Below, in pieces: positions 1 to 13,329 of a stretch of 64,000 nucleotides of DNA. The translations under genes were made by a program, and so were the position numbers. How positions within the stretch are numbered: the first letter of the stretch is position 1; every line of letters starts with the position of its first letter. Source of the stretch: Basidiobolus meristosporus CBS 931.73 (Eukaryota > Fungi > Basidiobolomycota); contig MCFE01000176.1 of assembly GCA_002104905.1 (NCBI GenBank), forward strand, positions 62,001-126,000, in the 5' to 3' direction. The notes under the pieces are model-generated. The model was not told the origin of the DNA and did no database searches. It saw only the letters and a program-made list of their open reading frames with translations.

Positions 1-850
1 CTATGGAGCAGATGTGTGGGGAGATAGGAAGACAATTCAAGTTGCAGGTACTACCATATCCCACACTTGTTAAAAATATTACACTCAAGTCTCTCATCAA
101 TGTGATGAGTTAGGACTTGGAGGACAGCCAGACAGAGTTGGAAAATACTGAGGACAAATGTGCACATGGAGACACCTATGCCTATGGCATTAAGAAGCTA
201 AGCAGCCCCAATGCATGGGTAATTAGCTAAGTAATGCAAAGTTGGGTTGGGTGCAACAAGCAACTAATTTTTATCAGGAAAACTCTACCAAGATATGCCA
301 GATTTCTCATGGTCACAAGCCAACTTCTACACTATTCAATATGGAATTCATACAAACAAAAGCCAGAGCACACCTAAAAGAGGGACTAGAATACAACAGG
401 GAGAAGGAATATATTGGCTAAATACCAAGAAGCTCTTTGCAGACATTTGGGAGGTATTTATGGTAGAAGTGGCAATAACCAAGCATATGTTTGCAAGATG
501 TATATGTTGCCAGCAGTACAAGGTATATGGTGACTTTGCAAGTATCACACTAATAAACCGTAAAGTTGAGGTGATAGAAGTATGTCAATTGTGGCAGGTT
601 TGCATGTTTGTAGAGGTTAGTAAGCAAGAAGCCATAGTTTTTTTTTTGATTCAAACTATATGTGAAATACCCAAGGTAGTAGTGGGTAAGCAAATAAAGA
701 AAGGTGATTTTACAGTGGAATATATAAATTGCACAAGGGGAGGTAAAAACGGAAATACCATTAGGTTAATTGGTACAGTAGCATTATACAGAACCAGCAG
801 TAGGCTGTCACACTGCCAATATAATGCCATCAGAGTCTTGCTGTGAGGCC
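1..850 (+). mobile_element. Decayed 3' part of CACTA-like transposase family (runs off window start)
   Basis: DNA similarity by eye to 17.7-18.25 kb (same strand, downstream of clear CACTA motifs) and to 18.55-18.95 kb (inverted); shared peptide GHKPxSTLF / RFLxVTSQ. Confidence 0.45.
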
Positions 851-1164
851 ATCAAAATACTGTCAAGTTTCTTGCCCTATAAGGCAATTATGTCCTGGTC
901 AAGTGGATCCACTTAAAATAGTTATAGAGTACTGAAAGACCACGGCTCTTAACTAAGGGCACTGCATTTGCAACATTCTCATCTGCCTGAGGTTTATGGT
1001 TGGCTTGGGGATCTGCAGAGGTTCTCATTTACTCACTTGACTCAGAGCCTGAGGGGTCTGCATAATATTACCTTTGGTTGGTGCACTGTCAACACGGCCT
1101 TTTTTAGATGCAACCCTACTTGATGCACTCAATGTCAGAGCAAGCTGTTGTCCAACTGTTCATC

Positions 1165-1990
1165 TGCTGCTGTCAACAATGGGGTTTGATTGGGAACCAG
1201 ACAAATTGACTTTATTATTTGTTAATATATATAGATTTGGGAATGAGTAAAATCAATGGGGAGATAGAGATACATATACATGTGTATGGAGTGCCACAGC
1301 TATATTTGAGTTGCTAACTATGGTAGGTCATCATTGAATCTGATATTTATGTAAGTGCAATGCCTCAAATACAAGACTGCTTAAATTTAAAAGAGCATTG
1401 ACAAAAAAGTGATAATACAACATTACATTGTTGAGTGTCCAAAGAGTATTAACAGAAAAGTGATATAATAGAGCAAAGTTGCTGAGTGTAAGACTGTTTG
1501 CCCCATAGAGAAAACCACTTTGCTTCAATGCTGTAAGTGAAGAGGAAAAAGTCAAAGTGGCTACTGTAACAAGCCTCTTAACAATGTAGTGCACAGACAG
1601 CATGGGAAGCATCACAAAGATCATAGATAATGTTTTGCCACCCTAATCATATTTTACCATTCATCAGTCAATACTGTACCAACAATAACTTGCTGGCTAT
1701 GTGATACTTTTATAATAGCACCTAGCCATACTTGATACCTTGTGCAGACCAAGTCAGGTGAGTTTGCAACACCATTAGGCTCACCTCAGCCTTCTGGATA
1801 TAGCATGCAGAGTGATGGCCCTGAGGAAGAAGGCTCACAAATGGATTGTGAGCCTATCTCCCTTGACATCAGCACCCTCCATGAGCCCAGCAAAGTCCCA
1901 AGATTCAATGAGACAGCACCCATGGAAAAAATGCCAAGGATACTCCATGGAGCCAAGTGAGCCTAGTAGTCCATTTATTGGTGATTGATG
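1165..1990 (+). repeat. Dispersed ~800-bp repeat 'unit A', copy 1 (5' region of CACTA-like element)
   Basis: Homologous to 15.40-16.14 kb and 34.74-35.40 kb; contains acidic ORF MQTKSGEFATPLGSPQPS..; the other two copies continue into transposase sequence. Confidence 0.7.
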
Positions 1991-2029
1991 TAAGGTTTTG
2001 GCTAGGGAAGTGTCATGTTTTGACTAATG

Positions 2030-2250
2030 TCAGCAATGGGAGCTTTAGGGATTTACTTCAACTTCTAGCCAAAATTGTTCCAGGATACAACTTACTATGT
2101 GCATACTAGCCTTTGAATTCCAATATCAGGTTCTTTGCATCAATGTTGTAGATTGGTTACATTGGCACTGGTGATGTATTCTGGATATATGTTCCTACAG
2201 TGTGAGCGCATAACTCCATATGCTTTCTTTGTGCTCTGCAACAAAATTGC
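2030..2250 (-). mobile_element. Fragment of unclassified family U
   Basis: Similar to 19.03-19.17 kb (shared ..ttctggatatat(g/a)ttcct..; RNIYPE peptide). Confidence 0.45.
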
Positions 2251-2610
2251 TGTTGTATTTTAAGAAGTGTGTAGATAAAAAAGCTAATCAAGATATAGTG
2301 TCAATAGTTGACATGTTAGTTACTCATGATAAAGCTCAGTATTGAGAACTGTGTCAAAGTGATATAACTGTAGCACCAAGTTAGGCAAGCTTCTCAGTTT
2401 CAGGATCATTCTGTAGAAGCTTCAGGGCCAATACATAATGCTTGAACAAAGTGCAGATTTGAATTGACTATAGAGGATTAGCAACAGGACTATAGACCTA
2501 TAAGAAAGTGGCAAAATCCGGCCTGTAGTTAGCACTACTGCTACATAGACTAGTCCTGCACTGTTAAGTAAGCTTTTGGCTGCTGAATGAAACCAACTAG
2601 TTCAATTTTT
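2251..2610 (-). repeat. Diverged Ty1/copia LTR, family C1
   Basis: Colinear similarity to the 369-bp LTRs at 5011-5379 and 5865-6233; ends eroded. Confidence 0.6.
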
Positions 2611-2629
2611 GAGTCTTTACTCTCAGCAG

Positions 2630-3205
2630 TGTGGTGGTGTATAAGTCCAAGGGAGATATACATCTAGCACTTCTCAAGTATTTTGTTTGTAGGGTATTCA
2701 TTGGGTACAATAACCTCTGACAAAAGCTTGCTAGGAATACTTGGGCTCTGTCTGTACTCTAATTTTAAGGGGAATAAAGCCACAAGCTTGTCAAGGGAAA
2801 ACAATTGCGCTACAATTGCAACTGAGTTGGCATCTTAACAAAAGTATGTATTGGGTGCAGTGCCCTTTGAGATGACAATGCACTAAAGCTTCCAAAGTCA
2901 AAGTAACTGTTGACTCTATTAGCAGGGACTCAATAAGAATGCAGCTGTGGTCAATAGTTACAAAAACAGAAAAGTATTCTTACCTATGTAAGAAGAAACT
3001 GGGGAAAGAATCAAATGCAACAAAAATACCTACTCTGAGTACTCCTCTCAAGTAGTGCCTTCAAGGTCAGTTGGCTGTCAGCATGGTTACCTGTGAGTGT
3101 CCTGTGGTCTGCTATTGGAAGTTCAGGTAGCTACAGGTAGCAGTGATCACACCAATCAGCAAGTTGGCATATTGATGAAAGGCATGATGATTTATTGTGG
3201 AGGGA
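2630..3205 (-). repeat. Truncated Ty3/gypsy LTR, family B
   Basis: Reverse complement of the 3' half of 25641-26709, ending ..tatacaccaccaca; flank GCAG at 2626-2629. Confidence 0.8.
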
Positions 3206-3209
3206 TTTG

Positions 3210-4985
3210 TGTTGATGGAAAGTATTTCATTACTACATATCTCAAAACCAATATTGCACTCATTTCTTTATTTTGCTTTTTGCTATTATAACACACCAGT
3301 GAAAGCTCAAGAATTTCAAATCTTGAAGGACAAATGGTGCAGACCCTACAGAGCAATCCACCCAAGAATATTATGGAAAATAAGAGGAGTATGAAGCACT
3401 CATGCTTTTACTGGGAGGCAGAGGAAGTATCCTGATTGTTGACTGTGCTTAAGGAGTACTTTTATGTGTTCAACTCCAACATGATAACCAGGACACGAAA
3501 ACTGATGGCAACACTTTGTTCAGTACAGAAAGGCATACAGTGAGAAAGGGAATGCAACATAACCAATAAAACCTGTTTGCCTTATCTATTACAATGAGCT
3601 TTGGGCATCAGATATCATAGATAATTCAAGTTAAAATGCAAGATCACTTTATTTGTTAATACCAAAGCTACAGAAATTGATGATTTCAGCTGAGAGAAAT
3701 GGCATAGGTGGCTAAGTCATTTTGAGGACTGAGAGTGAGCCAATTGCAGAAGAATTAGTCTGGCCCGGAATAAAGCACTTGGTTCCAAACAATTTGAATA
3801 AATCTTGGAGAGGTCAACATGGCAAATAAGCTTGGAGATACTTGAACAGCTCAGGAGGCAATGATACTGAGATATCATAAGCTATTGTGCTCCTGAGAAT
3901 AATTGGGCCCTTGGTTTCATTTTTACATGAGATAATGGACATTTTATGACGTTTATTGCTGGCATGACAAGCCTAAAACAAAAGTGCCTCCTAAGCAGAT
4001 TGACAGGGCTCTGGACATCTTTGAGAACCTGAAGAGCATGGCAGAGATACAATTGCAGTGCTAATCAGGTGTGCTGTGAAGAGACAAAGGTATGCTAAGT
4101 TATTTGACAGAGTATGGCAGGTACTGCTCAGCTAGTTGTTCACTGTGGCATACAACTATTCCACCTACACCATAGCAGAGTGGAATAGCTGAATGCTCAA
4201 GCAGAGCAGCATTGGAGGTGAACAGATCCATGCTATCCAATGCTGCTTTGGACTGTTAGTGTAAGCAAAAATCACTGGATCCTTGGTCACAATGTCATTT
4301 GCCACATATCTGACAAAAACATTGTGCCTGTGTACCAAGGAGTAGTGAAGTGATCATTCTTAGATACTGTGAAGTAACTGAAAGGTAAAAATGCATAATG
4401 GCAAAATTTAGCAGCTAGGATGGTATATCTGAGGAGAACTAACATATAAATGCCATGGAAATAGTTGGTCAGCCATAAGATAATATAATTGTAATGAATA
4501 TGGAAGAAATGTACCATATAAAACCAGACACCATAGAAAGTTGTACATGTTCCTGGTTGTAACCCATTACACCATTTGGTGATCCACTGGATTAAAAGAC
4601 AATCCTGGATCATTGTAGCCAACATCCAACAATTGTAAAGATGTGTGTCTTGTCTTATGTAGTATACCTAATGGTATATAACTGGCAATGAAAAGTAACA
4701 AAATTACTAACTAGCAAGAGATTATGCAGGGCAAGTAGCAATTGCTGTTGAAAGCAAAACAAGGGAGCAGGTAGACTTACCAAATGGGAGAATGCCAACA
4801 GGATGTAGATTGTAAAACAAGATTCACATAATCTTATATGGGATTGTAAATTAGCGCAAAGCTACACTTAGACTATGCCAGAACAGGGACCAGAATGAAA
4901 GATACAATTGGCCCTGGTGACCAAACTTAGCTCCAGTAATACAGTTCTAGCTGTGACAGCAGTTCAAATTCTTGATCTGTACTAA
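3210..4985 (+). other. Unidentified decayed coding-like repeat (family V)
   Basis: 3305-3375 matches 9250-9330 in inverted orientation (peptide EGQMxQTLxxNPPKNI); no family recognised. Confidence 0.3.
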
Positions 4986-4989
4986 TTAT

Positions 4990-5730
4990 TGCTGCAATTT
5001 AACAAGTGTCTGTTGCAATTTAAGAAGTGATTTGGATATAAGGAACTTATCAAGAAATAGTGATAATAGTTGAACTGTTGTTTATTCATAAAGAAGCTCA
5101 GTATTTATACCTTTGTAGAAGTAATACAGCTGCAACACTAATTAGGGAGGGCTTCTCAATATTCAGGAGCATTCTGTAACAGTTTCAGGGTTAGTACATA
5201 ATGTTTGGTAATAGTGCTAATTTGATCCTGACTATAGGGGAATAATCATAAGATCATATATCTGGAGAAAGTGGCAAAGTTAAGGCAGTAAATGAGTCCT
5301 GCAGTGACTAAGACTAGCCTAGAATTGTTAAGTAAATTTTTAGCTGCTGAATGATACCAAATAGTCCAATATTTCAACAGTGTCTTGGCTATAGGGATCT
5401 TATCAAGAGATAGTCATAATTGTAGCACCATTATTTATTCATAAAGAAGCTTGGTATTGACACCATTGCTGAGACAATAAAACTGCAACACTAAGCAAGG
5501 TGAGCTTTTGAATAGTTAGGAGTATTCTGCAACAGTTTCAGGGTTAATATACAATGCTTTGTAAATTGCAAATTTGATCTTTCCTCTAGGGGAAATCTTC
5601 AGGAGCATATATCTCAGAGAATTTGCAAAGTTCAGACAGCAAATTAACTGTGCAATGACTTCAACCACTCCAAAATTGCTAAGCAAGTGCTGAGCTGCTG
5701 AATAATACCTAAAAGTCCAATATTTGAACA
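4990..5730 (-). mobile_element. Older copia C1 solo LTR, interrupted by a younger copy
   Basis: TG..CA ends with 5-bp TSD ATTAT (4985-4989 / 5731-5735). Confidence 0.85.
5011..5379 (-). mobile_element. Young copia C1 solo LTR (369 bp)
   Basis: TGTTG..CAACA ends with 5-bp TSD GTGTC (5006-5010 / 5380-5384). Confidence 0.95.
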
Positions 5731-5864
5731 ATTATATATCAACACAGCCCTTCTAAGCAGTTATAAACCTAAAACATCAATACAGCACAACCAGATGGCC
5801 TTGCTGATCCAAAATGCCCCAATAGGACTTGCGCACTTAGAAACCTGCAATGTGATCTTGAGTA

Positions 5865-6830
5865 TGTTGCAATTTAAGAAGTGATCTGGATACAACTAGC
5901 TTATCAAGAAATAGTGATAATAGTTGAGCTGTGATTTATTCATAAAGAGGATCAGTATTTAGATCATTGTAGAAGTAATACAGCTGAAGCACTAGGTAAG
6001 GAGGGTTTCTGATCATTCCTAAGCATTCTGTGACAGTTTAATAGTTAGTGCATAATGTTTGGTAAACAGTGTTAATTTGATCTTGACCATAGGGAAATAA
6101 TCATAGGATCATAGATCTTAAGAAACTGGCAAAGTTGGAGCTGCAAATTAGTCCAACAGTGACCATACTAGTCTAGATTTGTTAAGTGAATTTTCATCTG
6201 CTGAATGATACCAAATAATTCAGTATTTCATCACTCCCCCTCAACTTAGCAATTTCTTTATCTTAATTCCTCTCTGCAAGTATCTAACTGCGGTCTAGTT
6301 AGTGGTCTTGTCAATATATCTGCTACCATCCAGTCAGTTGGACAGTAAACTAACACTACTCAGTTATTTTCTTCAGCTTCCCTCACAAATTGGTGTTGTA
6401 TATCTATGTGCTTAGTTCTGGCATGATTAGTAGGATTCCTAGCTAATGAAATACAACTTTGATTATCATTGTGAGCGCATATTGGTTCATCTGAATTAAA
6501 GCCAGAGTCTTTAAATAAATCTGTAACAATATGGCCTGCTTAGTTGCTTGGCAAGCAACCATATATTCAGCTTTGGTTGTGGATAGGGCCACAGCAGGTT
6601 GTTTCATGCAACTTCAAGTCACAGCTTCACCAGCATAAAAAAATAAATACACAGCTGTAGAGCATATGTTTATCAGATCTTTACCCCAATCTGAATCACT
6701 ATAAACATGAAGTTTTTGCCAATTAGTTGCTCCTGAGTATTCTAGTACCATACTTCTGGTACCTTGTAGATATATGGAGACCTACTTAACTAAGCCAACA
6801 CCTTGTAGTGCAACCTAGCTTGTGTGACTG
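5865..6830 (-). mobile_element. 3' end of Ty1/copia element (RT tail, RNase H, PPT, 369-bp C1 3' LTR 5865-6233)
   Basis: Minus translation DNQSCISLARNPTNHARTKHIDIQHQFVRE..VADILTRPL; PPT GAGGGGGAG abutting the LTR. Confidence 0.9.
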
Positions 6831-6834
6831 CCTC

Positions 6835-7835
6835 TCAGATGCTCAAGAATGAGCTTGCTAAGCTGCCAAGCTTAAGAATCCCAGACTTCAGAAGAAAGTT
6901 TGCTCAGTACATAGATGCTTCAGACTATACAATTGGTGGAGTGCTGAGCCAAGAACATGAGGGAAAGGGCTAGCCAGTTAAATTTGAGTCCAAGAAACTG
7001 AACTCAGCAGAACCAAACTGTCCAGTTCATGAGAGGGCAATGCATGCCATAATACACTGTTTAAAGACCTGTAGATGCTACATTGAAGGAGTCAAGTGCA
7101 CTATACAGACTAATCATGCCTCACTTAAGTATATATATACTCAGAAGGTACTATCAGGAAGAATGACAAGATGGAATGAGTGTTTTCAGCAATTTAACTC
7201 TGAGATTGCCTACTGCCCTGGAAGAAACAATACAGCTGTCAATGCCCTTTCAAGATTAGAAAAGTTGCACAACTCAATTTGGTGCATGAAGCAGATAGGC
7301 CTAGCTTATTATTAAAGTACTTGAAGGACCAAGCCATTAGTAATGAGATGGATTAAGAGATCAAGAAGATAATCCAGGATGAAGCCAGCAAATACATGGT
7401 ATAGGATGAAGCCCTCTACCAGATTGTTGATGGAAGCTCTATTGCCTATTGCCCTTATGTTGCTTGCCTGGATTTAATACACAAGCTACTCAATGGATAT
7501 GGACAACTTGGAATTGAAGGAACCTATAACCTTATGAAAGCCAGAGCATAGTGGCCCAGAATGAAGCAAGATATTGGGAAGCTGGTAAAAGCATGCCCAA
7601 ATTGCCAAATTAACCAGGGCAACCATAGAGAATTGTTGAACTCTTTCCCCTGGAGCCAGTATGGTCATTTGAAATATGAGGAACTGACTTTATTGGAAGA
7701 CTGCCAACTGCCCGGATATGCAAGCATGGGATCCTAGTAGCAACCAGCCATGCCACTGAATGGCTAGTGGCTAAGGGTTTACTTGCAGCCAGTAAACAAG
7801 ATGCTGCAGGTTTCATCTACCAAGGGGTCCTGTTG
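6835..7835 (+). mobile_element. Ty3/gypsy pol fragment (RNase H, integrase zinc finger, start of core)
   Basis: IDASDYTIGGVLSQ, FESKKLNSAE, TNHASLKY, WPRMKQDIGKLVKACPNCQ; stops and frameshifts. Confidence 0.9.
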
Positions 7836-8499
7836 TGTTGTATTATGATTAGGTTGGGGCTTGTTCTGCATTGTAGAGACTAATCTGTTACAAGTTGAAG
7901 TATAAGACTTGTAGAGGATAGGGAGTTTAGCTAGTATTATATTCACTAACACTTCAACTGATTTTTATTGAGGTTCCAGCAGCTCCTTTTACACATTTTG
8001 CCAGATCAATTGCTGATTAATTATTTTTCCTAATGTAGGCCATGGCTGATGACTCATATGATTGCTTCATCTTCGCCCAATAAGATCCTACTTAATATAT
8101 CTATGTCTGACTGATGAGGATCTGCTGACTCATTTGCTGACTAATGCGACTGATTTGATAGAAAATACTGATATACTGATAAGCTAAATATATAACTAAT
8201 TGATTTGACTAAAAACTGATCTAACTTAAACATTCATGTGGTAGATCAAAACAAATCAACAATATAAAGCAACTTCAAGTATGCCAATACAGGAATAGTT
8301 TATTGGGGGCTTAATCCACTAATAAAAGATATAGCTTTCACTACAACCTCAATCTTAGGTGCAAAATATATTATAGGCAGTGATTCTCACTTCTACAACA
8401 GTGTTCTGACCTTCTCTTGACTAATGGGCTCATTCACTTTTATAGTAACTTTTCTGTACTTATAAATCACTTTCCTTTCTGAGAAAATATCTCCTGATA

Positions 8500-8720
8500 T
8501 GGAAATTCCAAACTCCCTTTTGACCTAGAGGGGTGTATTGTAGATTTCTCTAAAGGGGTCTTTAAACCTAAAGGGGTGTCTTTAAAGTAAAGGGGCTTCT
8601 TGTAGTGGTCTCTAAAGTGGACTTTACACTAAAGAGTTGCCCAAAGGGGTTTCTTAAAGGGGTCTCTAAAGGGGTTTTTAAACTGCAGGGGTGTCTAACA
8701 GAGTATCTTTAGAGTATTGG
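8500..8720. repeat. Degenerate short-motif array (aaaggggt..t)
   Basis: Repeated ctaaagggg / ctttaaa motifs; minus strand reads KTPLETPLRNPF..KTPL. Confidence 0.55.
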
Positions 8721-9379
8721 GGTTTCTGGGCAGGGACTTTTCCAACAGAAAAGTGGTAGTTTTCTTTTAAAACTTAGAATCAATTCTTGTGAGCTTTGCA
8801 GTCTCTTTACTGATGTAGTACCAATCAAAGTCAGAATACTCAACAGTACAAGTGATGCAGGGGAGGTCTTATAACCTTTAAGCTTGTAATTGTAGTGTAG
8901 AGATTCTGGAACAAGAGGCTCTCTCTTTATTTTTCAGCTGGGGAAGTCATATAGATGAAAATTCTGAAGGATCAAAGTTTTTGGGCAATTGCGCAAGCAA
9001 CACATATGGTACAAAGCTAAAATTTTGCAGTGGCACAGATCAAATATAGGCCCAGCACATGTTAGATATTACATGGTTTGATTGGCTGGCTCAAAAGTTA
9101 CACACAATTGAAGTCACAATAGTAATCCTAGCAAGAGAGGCCTAGTTCTAATGATAATTGGACTTTTTTGATTATAGCTCCTTGAGTACTGCTTCAAATG
9201 AGCTGTAATCTGAAGCCTGTGTTGACCACTGAGTGCTCTGCATGACACAATATTCTTGGGTGGATTTCTTGCCAGGGTCTGGAGCATTTGCCCTTCATAG
9301 TTGCAAGTTCTTGATCGTTCACTTCTATGTTACAATAGCAAAAGCAAAATAAAGAAATGAGAGAAATATTGGCTGCGGG

Positions 9380-10880
9380 ATATGTAGTGGTGGAATGCCT
9401 CTCATTACCCCAAGTCTCCCCTAACTTTGTGAAATAATGTCTTCATTATTACTTTTGACATGGAACTTCTTCAATCTGTGACCAGGTTGTGCAAGTACAA
9501 GTGGCATGCCATCAAGTTATACTAATTTGTAAGATCCATTTTTATTTGCCTGTATGATCTTATAGGGGCCTTGCCATTGCATATCCAGCTTAGATGCCTT
9601 GTTTTTTTGGCTCTTGGTGTTGTGAAGCGGTATCAATTCACCTACTTCTAGCAATATTTTTCTTAGGCATTTTTGAGCGTCAAACTACTCCTTGCTAGTC
9701 ATTATGGATTTCTTCAGGTTTTCTGTTGCATTCTTTTGCAGAGTATGAGCTTGTTGAATCTGTTGTACTCTTGCTGGCAATAACTCTGATGTTGTCATGG
9801 CTTGTTTCCATGGGAGGGTAAGCCAATTCACAAAAGACATGTCTATAGGCAAAACAGCTTCATGTCCATACATCAGAAAAAATGGTGTATACCCTGTACT
9901 TCTTTTAACCATAACTCTATCAGCCTAAATTGCTGCATGAAAGTTATTTGCACGCTTGCTGGGTACTACATAGCTAAGCTTTGATAATGTCTTTGCAATA
10001 GCAGAATGTCCACATTCAACTGGTGAATTTGCTTATAGTGATATGGCACAGTACATATAAGCATGGTTCCATGCTTCATTGTTAGTGCTTGTATTTCACA
10101 AGATCCACATTCTTCATTGTCTGCAATAAGGGTGCCAACTGAACCATACCTGAGATACACATCTTCTTTAAGGAATCATGCTACAGCATTTGCATTAGCT
10201 TGTTTTAGCATTCTAGCCTCTATCCAACAGTAAAGTTATCACAATTGTTCACTACATACCTATACCCTGCAGTTTCTCTTGGTGAATGTATAATATCTGC
10301 ATGTGCAATTTGCCAAGCAAAAGATGTGTGTATACTGTGAAGCGGTTCATATATCTTTTTGTTATCTCTTCTTTTGCATGGAATACATGATTTCATATAT
10401 TCTTTTGTGTTGGTGTATAGTGTTGGCCAAAAACACTGTAAGGAGATTTTTGCATATACTGATGTAATTCCCTTATGACCTCCTGTTTCAGATTCATTCA
10501 ATTCTTGAGAGAACTTCTCTTGATCATGCTTGTCATGTACATACTGTTGAGGAACTCCATGTTTGCTTTTCTGTAAAGTGTGCCATCATGCAGTATAAAC
10601 TACAAAGCCTTCTTTTTAAAATTTGCATGTTGATTTGTGGGAATATTAGCAGGAACTTTGAGTGATGTAAGAAGCTCCTTGATTTGCTAATAATTGGTTT
10701 GTATCATATATTTCAATGCAAATCCAAGACTTGTGTTTTCAAGAAACTCATCAATTTCATCATCATTGTCAGTTGAGTATGGTGAATTTGGTTGCTTTCT
10801 TAATAAGGCATCAGGTCCTTTGACCATCATTGCACCTCCTGGGTAAAAGCAAAGAGGGCTAAAGGGATGCATGAAGTACT
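9380..10880 (-). mobile_element. Ty3/gypsy pol fragment G2 (RNase H end and integrase)
   Basis: VKGPDALLR, ETGGHKG..FWPTLY..SCIPCK, RSTGYTPFFLMYGHEAVLPID. Confidence 0.9.
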
Positions 10881-11610
10881 CAATGACTACAGCAATACTC
10901 TATGAGAAATAATTGTGAAGATCATGTCAAAAGCCCATCACAAAGCTAAAGTCCCCTGAGTAAGAGGTAGTGATCCTGTCAGAACACTATTCAAAGACTG
11001 AAGAGAAATAATTGCACCCCAGATTTCACAAAAAACTTAGTCAAAACTACTCATCACTGCAGTACACAAGTGACCTTTGATTGATCCTCAGCCAATTCTC
11101 TCACTTTCAGATCCCAAACACTCCATCACCTCCTATATTTGTGGACATTGATTGGCTATATCCTTTTTTCACACTCCTTACTTCCTGATAAACTAATGCT
11201 CTGATTTTCAAGCGTATATATTGATTTATTTTGATTGAAACTTCAGTTGTACCTTGAGGGCCAATTGCATTGACCTATAGAAGTCCCTATATTCAACAGT
11301 AACAATGAACCCAGCTTCACACTCAGCAAGAACCTTCATTAGAATCCACTCTTCCTTAAGTATTTCTGCTGTAACAACCTTTTTCCACAACTTTGGCAGG
11401 AGCCCTGCAACTTTATGCCACTGTTCATTCACTGGTTCCTATACATCCTGGTCTTCAGCTGTCGTTGTAGAGTCTAGCACCTCATCTGCCAGTCTTTGCA
11501 ATAATCAACTGTTTTTTCTGGAGCATTGCTCTTGAAGAAGGGCTGCCACCTCTTGGTATGAGTATTTATGTTCCAAAACTCCACTGAAGGCATTATGATA
11601 GTCTATTAAG

Positions 11611-12105
11611 TGTTGTAAAAATTTGTAATTCCACCTATATACTTACTACAGATGAAATAATTGCAGACATATTTACCAAACCATTAGCTAGAGACAAGTT
11701 TGAATATCTTAGGCCAAAATTAGGACTAGTCAGTATGAATATTTAGCTTAGTGGGAGTGTGGTAAAAATTTGTAATTCCAACTAAATATTCACCTAACTT
11801 AGTCACTTAGATCATTACCTTCAAATCCTAGAGAATACTGACCAAATTCCTTGTTGGGATTTACTTGGAATACTTTCACCAAAATACCAGGTACCCTGAA
11901 CATGAAAATTCTCAAAGTTGTCCAAACAACCCCAAACTTTGCACACTTGTTTGTGGGACCTTCCTTAACCTATTCTACTTGTTTTTAATGCCCAGATCAT
12001 GTAAAAGTAAAATACTACTTTTGCACTCAATAAATCATTAGGTGAAAACCACATAATCTACTGGTTCTGCCAACTACTTCCAATATCTCCAAGACTCTTA
12101 CAACA
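11611..12105 (+). mobile_element. Internally deleted copia C2 element (26-bp 5' LTR stub, RNase H tail, PPT, 348-bp 3' LTR)
   Basis: TSD TTAAG (11606-11610 / 12106-12110); IADIFTKPLARDKFEYLR; PPT agtgggag before TG at 11758. Confidence 0.9.
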
Positions 12106-12732
12106 TTAAGTACATAATCCTGTTGCTTTGTCTGACAATGGGATATTTACTCTGTCTTCAGTGGGAACATTGTGGCAGTGGTTGACAAATTGATTTTTTC
12201 TGCAAATTCATCTACCTGACTGAAGTGTAGCTCAGCTTGCTGTGCTTCCAACTTTTGAGGAAGCAGCTGTTTTTTAGTTGGTAATCATCTGGGCTATGAT
12301 GGGACCCATTCTGTTCTGAGCTAATGGAGTCAATTGGTGAGGACCGCTACTTTCTTCTCCAGCTTTCCTGTCCCTGGCTTGGGTAGACCTCTTTCTCTTT
12401 GCCTTTTCCTTTAACACTGCAAAGCCTTTGCTGCTACATTGAATGCATGCTTTGAGTGTTGTTGTTGGTTTTCTCCTTCATTAATACTGCCCTAGTGCAT
12501 GTAATCTTGCCTGATCATATGGAACTTTATCTTCTTGAAAATGCTGCATTGACGCATCTTTTGGCTCTCTCCTTGATATATGCTGCACTGGTGCATCTGT
12601 TTTTGCCTTCTTGTCCCTTACTGGCACTCTTCCTGCCACCTGATGTTCTTTGCCATTTGTTTGGAACTTCCAGCCCTGCTTGCAATGGGCTCCCAAGAAC
12701 AACTTGGGTTTTCTAACTGTCAAGGCCTTCTC

Positions 12733-13101
12733 TGTTGAAATATTGGACTATTTGGTATCATTCAGCAGCTAAAAATTTACTTAACAATTCTAGGCTAGTC
12801 TTAGTCACTGTAGGACTCATTCACTGCCTTAACTTCGCCACTTTCTCCAGATATATGATCTTATGATTATTCCCCTATAGTCAGGATCAAATTAGCACTA
12901 TTACCAAACATTGTGTACTAACCCTGAAACTGTTACAGAATGCTCCTGAATATTGAGAAACCCTCCCTAATTAGTGTTGCAGCTGTATTACTTCTACAAA
13001 GGTATAAATACTGAGCTTCTTTATGAATAAACAACAGTTCAACTATTATCACTATTTCTTGATAAGTTCCTTATATCCAAATCACTTCTTAAATTGCAAC
13101 A
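12733..13101 (+). mobile_element. Young copia C1 solo LTR (369 bp)
   Basis: TGTTG..CAACA; TSD TTCTC (12728-12732 / 13102-13106); near-identical to the reverse complement of 5011-5379. Confidence 0.95.
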
Positions 13102-13329
13102 TTCTCTGCTGTTGCAACTGAGTGCCTCTTGTATTGAGCTACAATTTTGTTGGATAAGTGCTTCATTGACGCATCTGTCTCTGCCTACCTGTCCCTTACT
13201 GGTGCTCATCTTGCTACCCAATGTTCCTTGGCTGCTTGTTTGGAACTTCCAGCCCTGCTTGCAATTGGCTTCTGAGAAAGACTTGGGTTTAATTACTGTC
13301 AAGGCCTTCACTAAGTAGTATCTGAGAAA

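Larger units (their letters stand above)
10890..13320 (-). mobile_element. Unclassified family U, copy a (broken long ORF with peptide repeats)
   Basis: Shares EPMNEQWHKxAGxLPK and CKQGWKFQT segments with 13.3-15.4 kb; the EPMNEQWH region is also shared with 18.3-20.5 kb; hosts two copia insertions. Confidence 0.55.
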
